Shown here: positions 12,580-26,570 of the stretch, in pieces
Layout of the letters: every line of letters starts with the position of its first letter
Position numbering within the stretch: position 1 is the first letter of the stretch
Source of the DNA: Candidatus Methylomirabilia bacterium
Lineage (GTDB): Bacteria > Methylomirabilota > Methylomirabilia > Rokubacteriales > CSP1-6
Assembly (NCBI GenBank): GCA_041496385.1
Contig: JBGQEL010000009.1
Span: 19,265-83,264 of the forward strand
Length of the DNA stretch: 64,000 nucleotides
Direction: 5' to 3'
Notes under the pieces: model-generated
What the model saw: the letters and a program-made list of their open reading frames with translations, nothing else
Told to the model about the DNA's origin: nothing
Databases searched by the model: none
Translations under genes and position numbers: made by a program

Positions 12580-12650
12580 AGTGTAGACAGCACCTCATAG
12601 CGAGTCAACTCGCGAAGCCCTTGCGACCCCGTCCGCGCGCGTGCTAGAGT
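12580..12650. promoter_or_regulatory. divergent sigma70 promoters for rpmH and dnaA
   Basis: Minus strand TTGACT-N17-TACACT (12608-12580); plus strand TTGCGA-N18-TAGAGT with TGn (12621-12650). Confidence 0.65.
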
Positions 12651-12745
12651 CCGCCATCCAATGAGCGATTGATCGGCCCGAGAGGAGTTTTGTCCCGATG
12701 TGCGCGCGCCCAAGCGCGGATGCCCTGATCGAACAAGGCCCTGAG

Positions 12746-12777
12746 CTATCCACACCTGTGGATAACTCTGTGCGTAA
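12746..12777. promoter_or_regulatory. DnaA boxes upstream of dnaA (oriC part 1 / autoregulation)
   Basis: CTATCCACA (12746-12754), TGTGGATAA (12757-12765, perfect), TGTGCGTAA (12769-12777). Confidence 0.85.
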
Positions 12778-12792
12778 GTGAGGTCATCGCCT

Positions 12793-14109
12793 GTGTTAGA
12801 TAGCCTTTGGGCGCGCCTTCTCGAGTCTCTCTCACGCAAGCTCCCCGCAACCGTCCTGGACACGTGGGTCCGGCCGTGCAGGCTCCTGGCTGTCGAGGGG
12901 GATCACCTCAGAATCGGCTCGCCGAATACGTTCTCCCGCAACTGGCTCGTCCAGCATCATCTTGAGGCGCTCCAGATCGCCGCTCAGGAGTGCCTCGGCG
13001 GAAGCCCACGCGTGTCGGTCGCCGTGGACGAGGCCGCGGCCGAGGGCGGGCCCGTGCCGCCGGCCGGACGACCCCCCGGCAGCGGGACCCTCGAAGGCCT
13101 CAACCCTCGGTACACGTTCGACACGTTCGTCGTCGGCTCGTCGAATCAGTTCGCGCAGGCCGCCTGCCAGGCGGTCGCCGAGCTCCCGTCGCGCGCCTAC
13201 AACCCGCTCTTCATCTACGGCGGCGTCGGGCTCGGCAAGACGCATCTGCTCCACGCCGTCGGTCACCAGAGCGCGAAGATCTTTCCCGGGATGTCGGTCG
13301 TCTACCTCTCGTCCGAGCGCTTCACCAACGAGCTCATCAACGCGATCCGCTATGACCGTACCGCCGAATTCCGCGCGCGGTACCGGACGATCGACCTGCT
13401 GCTCATCGACGACATCCAGTTCATCTCCGGCAAAGAGCGGACGCAAGAGGAGTTCTTCCACACCTTCAACGACCTCTACGAGTCGCGGAAGCAGATCATC
13501 GTCTCGAGCGATTCGCCGCCGAAGGACATCCCCGAGATCGAGGAGCGCCTGCGCTCCCGGTTCGAGTGGGGCCTCATCGCCGACATCCAGCCGCCGGATT
13601 TCGAGACCCGCGTCGCGATCCTCAAGAAAAAGGCGGCGCTCGAGCGCATCCTCCTCGCGGACGACGTGGCCTACCTGATCGCGAGCCGGATCAAGTCCAA
13701 CATTCGCGAGCTCGAGGGTTCGCTCACGCGGATGATCGCCTTCTGCGCCCTCACGGGGCGCGAGATGTCCGTCGACCTCGCCCAGGAGGTGCTGGGAGAG
13801 CTCTGGGGCGAGGAAGAGAAGGTCATCACGATCGATCAGATCCAGCGCAAGGTCTGCGACTTCTTCGGCATCAAGCTCTCCGACCTCAAGGCGCAGAACC
13901 GGACGAAGGCCGTCGCCTTCCCCCGACAGATCGCGATGTACATCGCGCGCCAGCTGACCCACGCCTCGCTGTCCGAGGTGGGGCGGGCGTTCGGGGGAAA
14001 AGACCACACGACCGTCCTGCACGCGGTGGACAAGGTGCAGACGCTGCTGCAGGAAGATCCCAAACTACGCAAGACCATCGATGGCCTTATCCAGGGCATC
14101 ACCCTGTGA
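12793..14109 (+). CDS. dnaA: chromosomal replication initiator DnaA
   Basis: YNPLFIYGGVGLGKTHL, LLIDDIQF, DHTTVLHA; GTG 12793 follows SD GAGGT (ORF track starts 12778). Confidence 0.99.
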   Translation: MLDSLWARLLESLSRKLPATVLDTWVRPCRLLAVEGDHLRIGSPNTFSRNWLVQHHLEALQIAAQECLGGSPRVSVAVDEAAAEGGPVPPAGRPPGSGTLEGLNPRYTFDTFVVGSSNQFAQAACQAVAELPSRAYNPLFIYGGVGLGKTHLLHAVGHQSAKIFPGMSVVYLSSERFTNELINAIRYDRTAEFRARYRTIDLLLIDDIQFISGKERTQEEFFHTFNDLYESRKQIIVSSDSPPKDIPEIEERLRSRFEWGLIADIQPPDFETRVAILKKKAALERILLADDVAYLIASRIKSNIRELEGSLTRMIAFCALTGREMSVDLAQEVLGELWGEEEKVITIDQIQRKVCDFFGIKLSDLKAQNRTKAVAFPRQIAMYIARQLTHASLSEVGRAFGGKDHTTVLHAVDKVQTLLQEDPKLRKTIDGLIQGITL

Positions 14110-14250
14110 TCCACAGGTCTCCCCGGGGTCTCCCCAGCGATATCCCCGACGGCCCGCCCGATCCCGGCGTGCCCTCACGGGCACTTGCGGCGCATCCTCC
14201 CGACCCACACCGCCGACGTACTATTACGACTACGCAGCTATCTCTCTTTC
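14107..14250 (+). other. dnaA-dnaN intergenic origin segment with degenerate DnaA boxes and DnaA-trios
   Basis: TGATCCACA at 14107; CGACCCACA at 14201 followed by TACTATTACGACTAC (14219-14233). Confidence 0.7.
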
Positions 14251-14272
14251 CCTCCAAACAACGGAGAACTGC

Positions 14273-15367
14273 ATGGAAGTAGTGCTTGACCGTGACGCGT
14301 TCCTCAGGGGCCTGCAGATGGTGCAGAACATCGTGGAGCCGCGTCAGACGCTCCCGATCCTGGCCAATGTCCTCCTGGAAGCGGACGGCGAGACGGTGCG
14401 TCTCACCGCGACGGACCTCGAGGTCGGCGCCAGGGTGTCGGTGCCGGCGAGGGTGGCGTCAAAGGGCGCCATCACCGTGTCCGCCAGAAAGCTCGCCGAG
14501 ATCGTGAAGGAGCTTCCCGCGGCGGCGGTCGCGCTCAAGGTGACCGACAACGCGAGCGTGAGTCTCAGGTGCGCCGGCGCCACCTACAAGCTCGTCGGTC
14601 TTGGCCCGGACGACTTTCCTCCGGTCGTGCCGGCCGCTCCGGAATCGTGGGTGAGCCTCGACGCCAAGACGCTTCGCGAGATGCTCGCACAGACGAGCTT
14701 TGCCGTTTCCCACGACGAGACGCGGTACGCGCTCAATGGCGTGCTCTTCGCGCTCCAGGGGAAGGATCTCCAGATGGTCGCCACCGACGGCCACCGGTTG
14801 GCCCTCGCGAAGCGAAGCCTGGGTCGTGGCGTCGGGGGGGCGACGGGTATCGTTCCACGCAAGGCGGTGACCGAGATCATGCGAGCGCTGGGCTCCGGGG
14901 AGGACGTTCAGATCGCGATCACCGAGAACCAGTTCGTCCTGCAGATGCCGAACTTCGTCATGACCGCGCGGCTGATCGAGGGCCAGTTCCCGAACTACGA
15001 TGCGGTCATTCCGAAATCTCACCCCAAGCGGCTCGTCATCCCGCGTGCCGCCCTCACCGCGGCCTTGCGCCGTGTTGCGGTGATGGCGGAGGAACGCAAC
15101 AAGCCCGTGAAATTCACGCTCGGCCCGGCCACGCTCCGGCTCTCGGCGTCGAGCCAGGAGCTCGGAGAGGCGGAGGAGACGCTCGACGTCGAGTACTCGG
15201 GTGAGGAGATCGTCATCGGGTTCAACTCGCGCTATCTGCTCGACGCGATTTCGGCCGTCGACAAGGACCAAGTCGTGCTCGATCTGAAGGACGCGCAGAG
15301 CCCCGGCGTGATTAAAAGCATCGAGGACGAGGGTTACCTCTGTGTTATAATGCCCATGCGTATATAG
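14273..15367 (+). CDS. dnaN: DNA polymerase III beta clamp
   Basis: LPILAN, ATDLE, ATDGHRL, GQFPNY, IMPMR; SD GGAG. Confidence 0.98.
   Translation: MEVVLDRDAFLRGLQMVQNIVEPRQTLPILANVLLEADGETVRLTATDLEVGARVSVPARVASKGAITVSARKLAEIVKELPAAAVALKVTDNASVSLRCAGATYKLVGLGPDDFPPVVPAAPESWVSLDAKTLREMLAQTSFAVSHDETRYALNGVLFALQGKDLQMVATDGHRLALAKRSLGRGVGGATGIVPRKAVTEIMRALGSGEDVQIAITENQFVLQMPNFVMTARLIEGQFPNYDAVIPKSHPKRLVIPRAALTAALRRVAVMAEERNKPVKFTLGPATLRLSASSQELGEAEETLDVEYSGEEIVIGFNSRYLLDAISAVDKDQVVLDLKDAQSPGVIKSIEDEGYLCVIMPMRI
15343..15351 (+). promoter_or_regulatory. extended -10 promoter inside the dnaN 3' end, likely driving recF-gyrB
   Basis: TGTTATAAT, a perfect TGn-TATAAT, in a locally AT-rich patch. Confidence 0.55.
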
Positions 15368-15404
15368 ATAGTGTTTTATCGTTACAAAACAGGAGTTTAG
15401 AAGG

Positions 15405-18847
<3,443 letters not shown>

Positions 18848-18934
18848 CGGAGCGCGAGGCCGGCTTGAACCGCGGGTGGCCTGAGAAGGGCGCGCGGGGC
18901 TCTACACACCCGATCATCACGCGTTAGGAGAGTC

Positions 18935-21373
18935 ATGCCGAACGAGCGTCAGGTGCCGGTTCCGATCGAAGAGGAGATGCGCAAGTCGTATCTCGACTAC
19001 GCGATGTCCGTCATCGTCGGCCGCGCGCTGCCGGACATCCGCGACGGCCTCAAGCCCGTCCACCGGCGGGTCCTCTACACGATGCAGAGCCTCGGGCTCG
19101 CGTGGAACCGGGCGTACAAGAAGTCGGCCAAGGTCGTCGGCGAAGTCCTCGGCAAGTACCACCCCCACGGCGACTCGCCCGTCTACGAGGCGCTCGTCCG
19201 GATGGTGCAGGAGTTCTCGCTCCGCTATCCGCTCGTCGACGGGCAGGGCAACTACGGGTCCATCGACGGTGATCCGCCCGCCGCCTACCGCTACACGGAG
19301 GCGCGCCTGGCGAAGATCGCGCACGAGATGCTCGCGGACATCGACAAGGACACGGTGAACTTCGTCCCGAACTTCGACGAGTCGGAGCAGGAGCCGACGG
19401 TCCTGCCCACCAAGATCCCCAACCTCATCGTCAACGGCTCCTCCGGTATCGCCGTTGGCATGGCGACGAATATCCCGCCGCACAACCTGTCCGAGGTCAT
19501 CGACGGGCTCGTCATGCTGGTCGACAACCCAGACACGACGATCCAGGAGCTGATGAAGGTCATCAAGGGGCCCGACTTCCCCACGCGCGGCTACATCTAC
19601 GGCACCGCGGGCATCGCCGACGCCTTTACGACGGGACGGGGCACGATCACGCTGCGCGCCAAGGCGCACGCGGAGAAGATGCGGGGCGGGCGCGAGGCGA
19701 TCATCATCACGGAACTGCCCTACCAGGTCAACAAGGCGAGCCTGATCGAGAAGATCTCCGAGCTCAGCCGCGAGAAGAAGCTCGAGGGAATCTCCGAGAT
19801 CCGCGACGAATCCAATCGCGAGGGGATCCGGGTCGTGCTCGAGCTGGGTCGCGGGGAGATCCCGCAGATCATCATGAACCAGCTCTACAAGCACACCCAG
19901 ATGCAGACGACCTTCGGGATCATCATGCTCGCGCTGGTCGACCGCCGGCCGCAGGTCGTCACCCTCAAGGAGATGCTCGACGCCTTCGTGCGCTTCCGGC
20001 GCGAGATCGTCACGCGGCGGACGCGCTACGACCTGGCGCGCGCCGAGGAGCGGGCCCACATCCTGGCCGGCCTCCGGAAGGCGGTCGAGCAGCTCGACGT
20101 CGTCGTCCGGATCATCCGGCAGGCGGAGACCGCCGACGCCGCCCGCGGCGCCCTCATGAACCGGCTCGACCTCTCCGAGGTCCAGGCGAAGGCGATCCTC
20201 GACATGCAGCTCCGCCGGCTGGCGGCGCTGGAGCGGCAGAAGATCGTCGAGGAGCACGACGCGACGCTGAAGATGATCGAGGAGCTGAAGGGCATCCTCG
20301 CGTCCGACGCCAAGCTCATGGCGATCATCCGGACGGAGCTCTTCGCCGTCAAGGAGGAGTACGGGGACGCGCGCCGCACGGAGATCCTCACCGAGACGAC
20401 GGAGCTCACGATCGAAGACCTCCTCGCGGACGAGGAGATGGTCGTGACGATCACGCGCTCGGGCTACATCAAGCGGACGCACGTCGAGTCGTACCGGAGC
20501 CAGCGCCGCGGCGGCAAGGGCGTGACGGGTATGGAGACGAAGGAGGAGGACATCGTCGAGGACCTCTTCATCGCCTCCACGCACTCGTATCTCCTGTTCT
20601 TCACGACCCTCGGCAAGGTCCACTGGCTCAAGGTGCACGAAATCCCCGAGGGTGGGCGCCAGGCGAAGGGCAAGGCGATGGTCAACCTCCTGTCCCTGGG
20701 GGAGGGCGAGGGCGTGGCCACGTGCGTGCCCGTGCGCGACTTCGCCGCGGGCTACATCCTCTTCGCCACCAAGCAGGGCAAGGTGAAGAAGACCGAGCTC
20801 GAGTCGTTCTCGCACCCGCGCGCGGGCGGCATCCAGGCGATCGGCCTGGACAACGGCGACAGCGTCATCACCGCGCGGCGCACCGACGGACAGCGCGAGG
20901 TGATGATCGCCACCAAGCTCGGCATGATCATCCGCTTCTCCGAGGAAGAGGTGCGCCCGATGGGACGCGGCGCGGCCGGGGTGCGGGGCATCGAGGTCGA
21001 GGACGGCGACGACGTCATCTCGGCCGACGTCGTCCAGGAAGGCGTCACGATCCTCACCGTGACGGAGCGCGGCTTCGGCAAGCGGACGCCGCTCGACGAG
21101 TACCGGCTGCAGGGGCGCGCCGGGAAGGGGATCATCGACATCAAGACCGGCGGTCGCAACGGCAACGTCGTCGCGATGCTCCAGGTGCGCGACGGCGACG
21201 ACATCCTCGTGGTGACGACCAAGGGCAAGATGATCCGCTTTCACGCCGCCGACGTGTCGGCCCAGGGGCGCAACACCTGGGGCGTCCGCATCATCGATCT
21301 GGAGACCGACGACCGCGTCGGCTCCGTGGCCCGCGTCGACGCCGAAAGCGCCGCGCCCGTCGAAGCACAGTAG
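18935..21373 (+). CDS. gyrA: DNA gyrase subunit A
   Basis: [21 protein letters not shown], GyrA-box QRRGGKG. Confidence 0.99.
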   Translation: MPNERQVPVPIEEEMRKSYLDYAMSVIVGRALPDIRDGLKPVHRRVLYTMQSLGLAWNRAYKKSAKVVGEVLGKYHPHGDSPVYEALVRMVQEFSLRYPLVDGQGNYGSIDGDPPAAYRYTEARLAKIAHEMLADIDKDTVNFVPNFDESEQEPTVLPTKIPNLIVNGSSGIAVGMATNIPPHNLSEVIDGLVMLVDNPDTTIQELMKVIKGPDFPTRGYIYGTAGIADAFTTGRGTITLRAKAHAEKMRGGREAIIITELPYQVNKASLIEKISELSREKKLEGISEIRDESNREGIRVVLELGRGEIPQIIMNQLYKHTQMQTTFGIIMLALVDRRPQVVTLKEMLDAFVRFRREIVTRRTRYDLARAEERAHILAGLRKAVEQLDVVVRIIRQAETADAARGALMNRLDLSEVQAKAILDMQLRRLAALERQKIVEEHDATLKMIEELKGILASDAKLMAIIRTELFAVKEEYGDARRTEILTETTELTIEDLLADEEMVVTITRSGYIKRTHVESYRSQRRGGKGVTGMETKEEDIVEDLFIASTHSYLLFFTTLGKVHWLKVHEIPEGGRQAKGKAMVNLLSLGEGEGVATCVPVRDFAAGYILFATKQGKVKKTELESFSHPRAGGIQAIGLDNGDSVITARRTDGQREVMIATKLGMIIRFSEEEVRPMGRGAAGVRGIEVEDGDDVISADVVQEGVTILTVTERGFGKRTPLDEYRLQGRAGKGIIDIKTGGRNGNVVAMLQVRDGDDILVVTTKGKMIRFHAADVSAQGRNTWGVRIIDLETDDRVGSVARVDAESAAPVEAQ

Positions 21374-21382
21374 ACCGGCGAC

Positions 21383-22681
21383 GTGCTGGACCTCCGGCTG
21401 ATCCGAGAGCAGCCCGACGCGGTCGAGCGTGCGCTCGGCGACAAGGGCGGCGCCGAGCTGATCCGGGCGATCGTCGCGCGCGACGGTGAGCGCCGGCTGC
21501 TCGTCCGCGAAGCCGAGGATCTGAAGGCGCTCCGCAACCGCGCCTCGGAAGCGATCGGCCAGGCCAGGAAGCGCGGCGAGGACGCCTCGGCCGAGCAGGC
21601 GCGAATGCGCGAGGTCGGCGAGCGGATCAAGGCCCGCGACGTCGAGCTGAAGACCCTCGACGACGCTCTGCAGACCCTCCTGGCGGAGGTCCCCAACGTC
21701 CCGCACCCCTCCGTGCCGCCCGGCAAGAGCGACGCGGACAACGTCGAGGTCCGGCGCTGGGGCGCGCCGCGCGCGTTTCCGTTCGCGCCCAAGCCGCACG
21801 AGGAGCTCGGCGAGGCGCTCGGCCTTCTCGACGTCGAGCGCGCGGTCAAGATCGCGAAGTCGCGCTTCGCGGTGCTGTGGGGCCCGCTCGCCCGCCTCGA
21901 CCGCGCGCTCGGGCAGTTCATGCTCGACCTCCACACGCGGGAGCACGGCTACACCGAGCTCTGGCTGCCCCATCTGGTGAGCCCCGACACGATGCTCCGC
22001 ACGGGCCAGCTGCCGAAGTTCGAAGAGGGGCTCTTCAAAACGGTCGAGGCGGACGACAGCCGGACGCTCTACCTGATCCCGACCGCGGAGGTGCCGCTGA
22101 GCGCCCTGCACGGTGGCGAGGTGCTGGCGGAGGCGACGCTGCCGCGGCGCTACACCGCGTTCAGCCCGTGCTACCGCCGCGAGGCGGGCACGTACGGCAA
22201 GGACATGAAGGGGATCTACCGCCAGCACCAGTTCGACAAGGTGGAGCTCGTGAAGATCACGACGCCCGCGCAGTCCTACGACGAGCTGGAGTCGATGGTG
22301 GTCGACGCCGAGGCGGTGCTGCAGCGCCTCGAGCTGCCATACCGCGTCGTCGAGCGGTGCGCGGGCGACGTCGGCTTCAGCGCGGCGAAGGGCTACGACA
22401 TCGAGGTGTGGCGTCCGGCGCTCGGGAAATACACGGAGATCTCCTCGTGCTCCAACTACGCGGACTTCGGCGGCCGCCGCGTGGACATCCGGTACAAGCC
22501 GTCGGACGGAGGCAAGGCCGACTACTGCCACACGCTCAACGGCTCGGGGCTCGCGGTCGGCCGGACGCTCATCGCCGTGCTCGAGAACTATCAGGAAGCG
22601 GATGGAACCGTCACGATCCCGCCGGCGCTCAGGCCCTTCGCGGACGGGCTCGCCCGCCTCACCCGTGCGACGACGTCCTAG
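21383..22681 (+). CDS. serS: seryl-tRNA synthetase
   Basis: LIPTAEV, RQHQFDKVE, EISSCSN, HTLNGSGLA. Confidence 0.98.
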   Translation: MLDLRLIREQPDAVERALGDKGGAELIRAIVARDGERRLLVREAEDLKALRNRASEAIGQARKRGEDASAEQARMREVGERIKARDVELKTLDDALQTLLAEVPNVPHPSVPPGKSDADNVEVRRWGAPRAFPFAPKPHEELGEALGLLDVERAVKIAKSRFAVLWGPLARLDRALGQFMLDLHTREHGYTELWLPHLVSPDTMLRTGQLPKFEEGLFKTVEADDSRTLYLIPTAEVPLSALHGGEVLAEATLPRRYTAFSPCYRREAGTYGKDMKGIYRQHQFDKVELVKITTPAQSYDELESMVVDAEAVLQRLELPYRVVERCAGDVGFSAAKGYDIEVWRPALGKYTEISSCSNYADFGGRRVDIRYKPSDGGKADYCHTLNGSGLAVGRTLIAVLENYQEADGTVTIPPALRPFADGLARLTRATTS

Positions 22682-23531
22682 CGCCCTCGGGGTCATCGTC
22701 GCCACCGCCTGGCTCGCCGCGGCGCCGGCGCTCGCCCAGGCGCCGCCGCAAGCCCCGCCGCCGGCGACCACCGTCACCCGCCACCCGGCCAACGACCCGG
22801 CCACGGTCAAGGCCGGCACGCTCTTCACCATCCACGGCCACCTCCTGAGCGTCGAGCCGGACTTCGAGACCCAGGAGACCGAGGCGCTCGGCGGCAAGGA
22901 CAAGCGCGCCCAGCAGCTCGTCCAGATCCAGCGCCTCGACGCCGACGCGCTCGCCGAGCGGTACGTGCGGAGCCTCGAGGGCCTCATCGGTCTGTCGCTC
23001 ATGGTCGACGTCATGCGTGGGATCTTCAGGGACCCGGCGATCTTCCAGCAGCGCATCGAGCTGACGCGCAGCCTCGTCCACAAGCCGGACGGCTCGACGC
23101 TCACGCTCCCGTCGCTCGTGGCGGCGACGTACCACCGCGGCGACCTGCGGCTGGCCGCGCGGACGCTCCAGGAGCGCAAGGCGTCCGGCAGCGTCGCCGG
23201 CGCCTACACCGCGGCCGTGCGGGGGACCGAGTGCCCGTTCGCCGCCGGCCCGATCCTTCTCGTCCAGCAGGGCTCGGTGCTCGAGGGCACGCGCGAGGGG
23301 CGGCTCCTGCTCTGGGGCGCCCTGGGCGGCAAGCAGGGCGCGTTCCTCGCCACGGAGCAGCGCTTCGTCAGCATCACGCGGACAGGCGGCCAGACCACGA
23401 ATATCGAGGTCCCCGACCGCCCCGGGGAGCTCTACCTCGCCGCGCTCGCCGGCCCCGCGCTCGTCCTCAACGGCAGCCAGCGGAAGACCTGCACGATCAC
23501 CCTCACGCCCGCGTCATCAGGGGTAAAGTAG
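22665..23531 (+). CDS. hypothetical secreted protein
   Basis: GTG start overlapping serS end; signal peptide RRRPSALGVIVATAWLAAAPALA; genome-like codon usage. Confidence 0.7.
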   Translation: MRRRPSALGVIVATAWLAAAPALAQAPPQAPPPATTVTRHPANDPATVKAGTLFTIHGHLLSVEPDFETQETEALGGKDKRAQQLVQIQRLDADALAERYVRSLEGLIGLSLMVDVMRGIFRDPAIFQQRIELTRSLVHKPDGSTLTLPSLVAATYHRGDLRLAARTLQERKASGSVAGAYTAAVRGTECPFAAGPILLVQQGSVLEGTREGRLLLWGALGGKQGAFLATEQRFVSITRTGGQTTNIEVPDRPGELYLAALAGPALVLNGSQRKTCTITLTPASSGVK

Positions 23532-23547
23532 GGCCCGGCCTCCGCAC

Positions 23548-23636
23548 GGAGGGCTAGCCTCAATTGGTAAGGCAGCGGACTTGAAATCCGCCGGGGCGCA
23601 AGCCCCATGGGGGTTCGAATCCCTCGCCCTCCGCCA
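23548..23636 (+). tRNA. tRNA-Ser (TGA)
   Basis: Stem GCGGA-ctTGAaa-TCCGC, long variable arm, GTTCGAATCC, CCA end. Confidence 0.96.
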
Positions 23637-23670
23637 TTTCAATTCCAGCCGTCTGCTACACTGCAACCCG

Positions 23671-23979
23671 ATGTCCGACGAGCGCCCGAAGAGCGCCTAC
23701 GAGCTCGCGATGGAGCGCCTCCGCCTCAAGGACAAGGAGGCCGACGTCGAGGACCGCCCGCTCACCAACCAGCAGAAGGCCGCGATCGCCGAGGTCCGCC
23801 AGTTCTACAAGGCGAAGGCTGTCGAGCGCGAGATCCTCCATCGGGACGCGCAGAGCAAAGCGCGTACTCACGAGGAGGTCGAGTCGCTGAACGAGAACCT
23901 GCGGCGCGACAGCGAGATGCTGGCGAACGACCGCGACCGTAAGATCGCCGAGATCAGGAGACAGGGCTCGGCGAAGTAG
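23671..23979 (+). CDS. hypothetical helical protein (MSDERPKSAYELAMERL...)
   Basis: Charged coiled-coil ORF; TGC-TACACT extended -10 ends 8 nt upstream of the ATG. Confidence 0.8.
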   Translation: MSDERPKSAYELAMERLRLKDKEADVEDRPLTNQQKAAIAEVRQFYKAKAVEREILHRDAQSKARTHEEVESLNENLRRDSEMLANDRDRKIAEIRRQGSAK

Positions 23980-24133
23980 CGAGCGGCCTTCCCCGCAGCA
24001 GATCCGACCGCGAAGTTTCCGGAATACAAGACGAAAGCGGGCTTGACTAAAAATCGTGAACTCGCTGTACTGGTCCACTCCGGAGTTAGGGTGATGCTCC
24101 GGCGTTCGCATTTTCCGGACGCGGAGGTCGATC

Positions 24134-26503
24134 ATTCGACGGCGCCTGAAGTGGTGGTGGCTGGCGGTCCTCCTGTTCCTGCCCGTGCTCCGTCCGGCAA
24201 CCGCCGTCGCGGCGTTCGCGTCGGCGGACGCCGCGGGGACGTGGCGCTTCTACGCCATCGACGTTGGCGGGGCCGCCGACGGCGGAGGCCGGTGGCACTA
24301 CGGCACCCTCGTGTTCGACGTCTCCGGCAACTTCATGCCGGGAAGCTCGAGCATCGTCGAGCCGCCGTTCAGCGGCGCGCTGGACGATTCGAACACCGTC
24401 CGGCTCCCGACGACGGGCACGATCACCGGCGGCGCGTTCGTGCTGACCGCCACGGGGCAGTTCTCGACCAGCTCGCCGGTGACGGGGACGCTGCCCATCG
24501 ACGACTGCAACGCGCCCGTGTGCGGCACGGAGATCGGCAGCCGTGACCTCCAGGGCAAGATGCTCGAGGACAAGAAGACCGTGGTCGGCGTGGCCACGAC
24601 CACCTGGTCCGTGAGCGGCGGGCCGTTCTCGACAGAATCAGGGATCACGTACGGGCTGTTCATTGCGATCAAGGTAGACGGCACCGCATTCGCCCAGACC
24701 GACATCCAGAGCATCATCGGCGCGCATCAGATCATCGGGTTCGGGCTCGCCGAGGACATCGACGGCAGCACGGGAGGGTTCTCGGGGACCGCCACGGTCG
24801 ACAACATCGGCTCCGTCACCGCCATCTCGTTGGCCACCAACCCGAACGGTACGTTTTCGCTCGACGCCGGCCTCAACACTCTGACCGTCTCTCCCGTCGG
24901 CACCGTGACGGGCCAGATCGATACGATCAACGGCCTCGGCGAGCAGCATCAAACGAATGTGGTTCAAGCCCAGCTCCTCGCGGACAAGAGCGCCGCGTTC
25001 GGCGTGGCGACGACCCGGTGGAGCGACGGAGTGAACTTCGGCGCGAATTTCGAGCTGGGCGCGGTGATCAAGAACCAGAGCGCGATCTACAGCCAGGTCG
25101 ACCTGACCAGCACGTGGCGCTGGTACGAGCTGCGCGCGTTTAGCAACGCGATCCTATCGGGCCTCTGGGGGTCGGGCACCGTCGTGTTCAATGCGATCGG
25201 CACGCTGTCCGGTGGCTCGGTGCAGTCCTCGACCGGCGCGCTTGTCGCCTTCAATTCCGGCTCGGCGACGCTCGGCGCGACCGGCACCCTGAGCGGCTCG
25301 CTGACCCGCAACACGAGCGAGACGGTGACCTTCAACGGCCAGATGCTCCCCGGGCTTAGCGGGGCTCTCAAGAGCCTCATCGTGGCCAAGGCGACCTCGA
25401 GCCCGAGCGGCGACGAATCGTTCGTCCTCCTCGTCCGCGAGCTCGCCGCCGCCCCACCGGGGTCGCTGGCCGTGGTCAAGGCCGGAACCGGAAGTGGGAC
25501 CGTCCAAAGCGCCAACCCCGCCGAAATCAACTGCGGCAGCGACTGCTCGGAGCCCTATCCCAGCGGCACGGTGGTGAGCCTCACGGCGACGGCGCTGACT
25601 GGCGCCACGTTCACTGGCTGGTCGAACGCCGCCGCGACGTGCGGCGTGAGTCCGGCCAATTGCATGGTCACCGTCTCGGGGGCGACGACCGCGACCGCGA
25701 CGTTCACGCTCAACACCTACACGCTGTCGCTGGTCAAGGCGGGGACTGGGACCGGCGCTGTGACTAGCACGAATGTGGACCCGGCGTGCACCAGCCCCTG
25801 CAGCGGCGGGCCGTTCCCCGCGACGATCCCCCACGGAACAACGGTGACCCTGACGGCCACGCCCGACAGCAGCTCGACCGTCACGTGGACAGGGTGTGAC
25901 TCCACGTCCTCGGGGGGCACCCAGTGCCTCGTCACCGTCACGGCAGCGCGCGGCGTGACCGCGACCTTCACGCGGAAGACTTACACGCTGACGGTGACGA
26001 TCCGCGGATCCGGCCTGGGCGTCGCGACGGGCCAGGGCGCCGGAACGTTCGCCCACGGCACCGCCCCGCACCTGGTGGCGTCGGCCAACACGGGCTCGCA
26101 GTTCAGGAGTTGGAGCGGCTGCGACACGACGGCGACCACGGCGTGCGACCTTCTCACGATGACGAGCAACCGCGCCGTCACCGTGACGTTCTCGAAGACG
26201 TTCACCGACACATCGCTGGGCGGCGTCGTGATCAAGCTCGTGCACCTGAGCGACTTGCGCGCCGCGATCAACAACATGCGCCAGAACGCCGGCCTGAGCG
26301 CGATCGACTGGACGACCGACCCGGATGCATCACTGGGGGCGAACCTGATCACCATCAAGCGCCTCCACCTCATCGAGCTCCGCAACGCGCTCGATGCAAC
26401 CAAGGGCGCTCAGACGTACGCGGAGGCGCTCGTCGCCGGCGCCACGCTGGTCAGGGCCGCGCACTTCACGGAGCTGCGCGCGAAGATCCTGGCGCTCGAG
26501 TAA
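24134..26503 (+). CDS. large secreted/surface protein with three InlB-B-repeat-like domains and a C-terminal triple IKxxHxxELR domain
   Basis: Thr/Ser/Gly-rich beta region; repeats GTGSGTV...C...V.LTAT...F.GW; signal peptide lies upstream of GTG 24185, implying an ATT/ATC start. Confidence 0.85.
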   Translation: MRRRLKWWWLAVLLFLPVLRPATAVAAFASADAAGTWRFYAIDVGGAADGGGRWHYGTLVFDVSGNFMPGSSSIVEPPFSGALDDSNTVRLPTTGTITGGAFVLTATGQFSTSSPVTGTLPIDDCNAPVCGTEIGSRDLQGKMLEDKKTVVGVATTTWSVSGGPFSTESGITYGLFIAIKVDGTAFAQTDIQSIIGAHQIIGFGLAEDIDGSTGGFSGTATVDNIGSVTAISLATNPNGTFSLDAGLNTLTVSPVGTVTGQIDTINGLGEQHQTNVVQAQLLADKSAAFGVATTRWSDGVNFGANFELGAVIKNQSAIYSQVDLTSTWRWYELRAFSNAILSGLWGSGTVVFNAIGTLSGGSVQSSTGALVAFNSGSATLGATGTLSGSLTRNTSETVTFNGQMLPGLSGALKSLIVAKATSSPSGDESFVLLVRELAAAPPGSLAVVKAGTGSGTVQSANPAEINCGSDCSEPYPSGTVVSLTATALTGATFTGWSNAAATCGVSPANCMVTVSGATTATATFTLNTYTLSLVKAGTGTGAVTSTNVDPACTSPCSGGPFPATIPHGTTVTLTATPDSSSTVTWTGCDSTSSGGTQCLVTVTAARGVTATFTRKTYTLTVTIRGSGLGVATGQGAGTFAHGTAPHLVASANTGSQFRSWSGCDTTATTACDLLTMTSNRAVTVTFSKTFTDTSLGGVVIKLVHLSDLRAAINNMRQNAGLSAIDWTTDPDASLGANLITIKRLHLIELRNALDATKGAQTYAEALVAGATLVRAAHFTELRAKILALE

Positions 26504-26570
26504 CCCGCCGCCGCCCCTTGCCTGGTGCGGGCGGTCTCGCCTATCCTCCCGACCAGGGAGGCGTCCCCCC

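Noticed and set aside
18917..23179. Very long antisense and alternate-frame ORFs (e.g. 1420 aa here; also 35617-39258, 9302-11878, 16436-18604)
   Set aside because: Shadow ORFs of conserved genes in high-GC DNA; Arg/Ser/Ala-rich with no motifs.
23548..23636. Selenocysteine tRNA
   Set aside because: The anticodon is TGA (Ser), not TCA, with a normal 7-bp acceptor stem.
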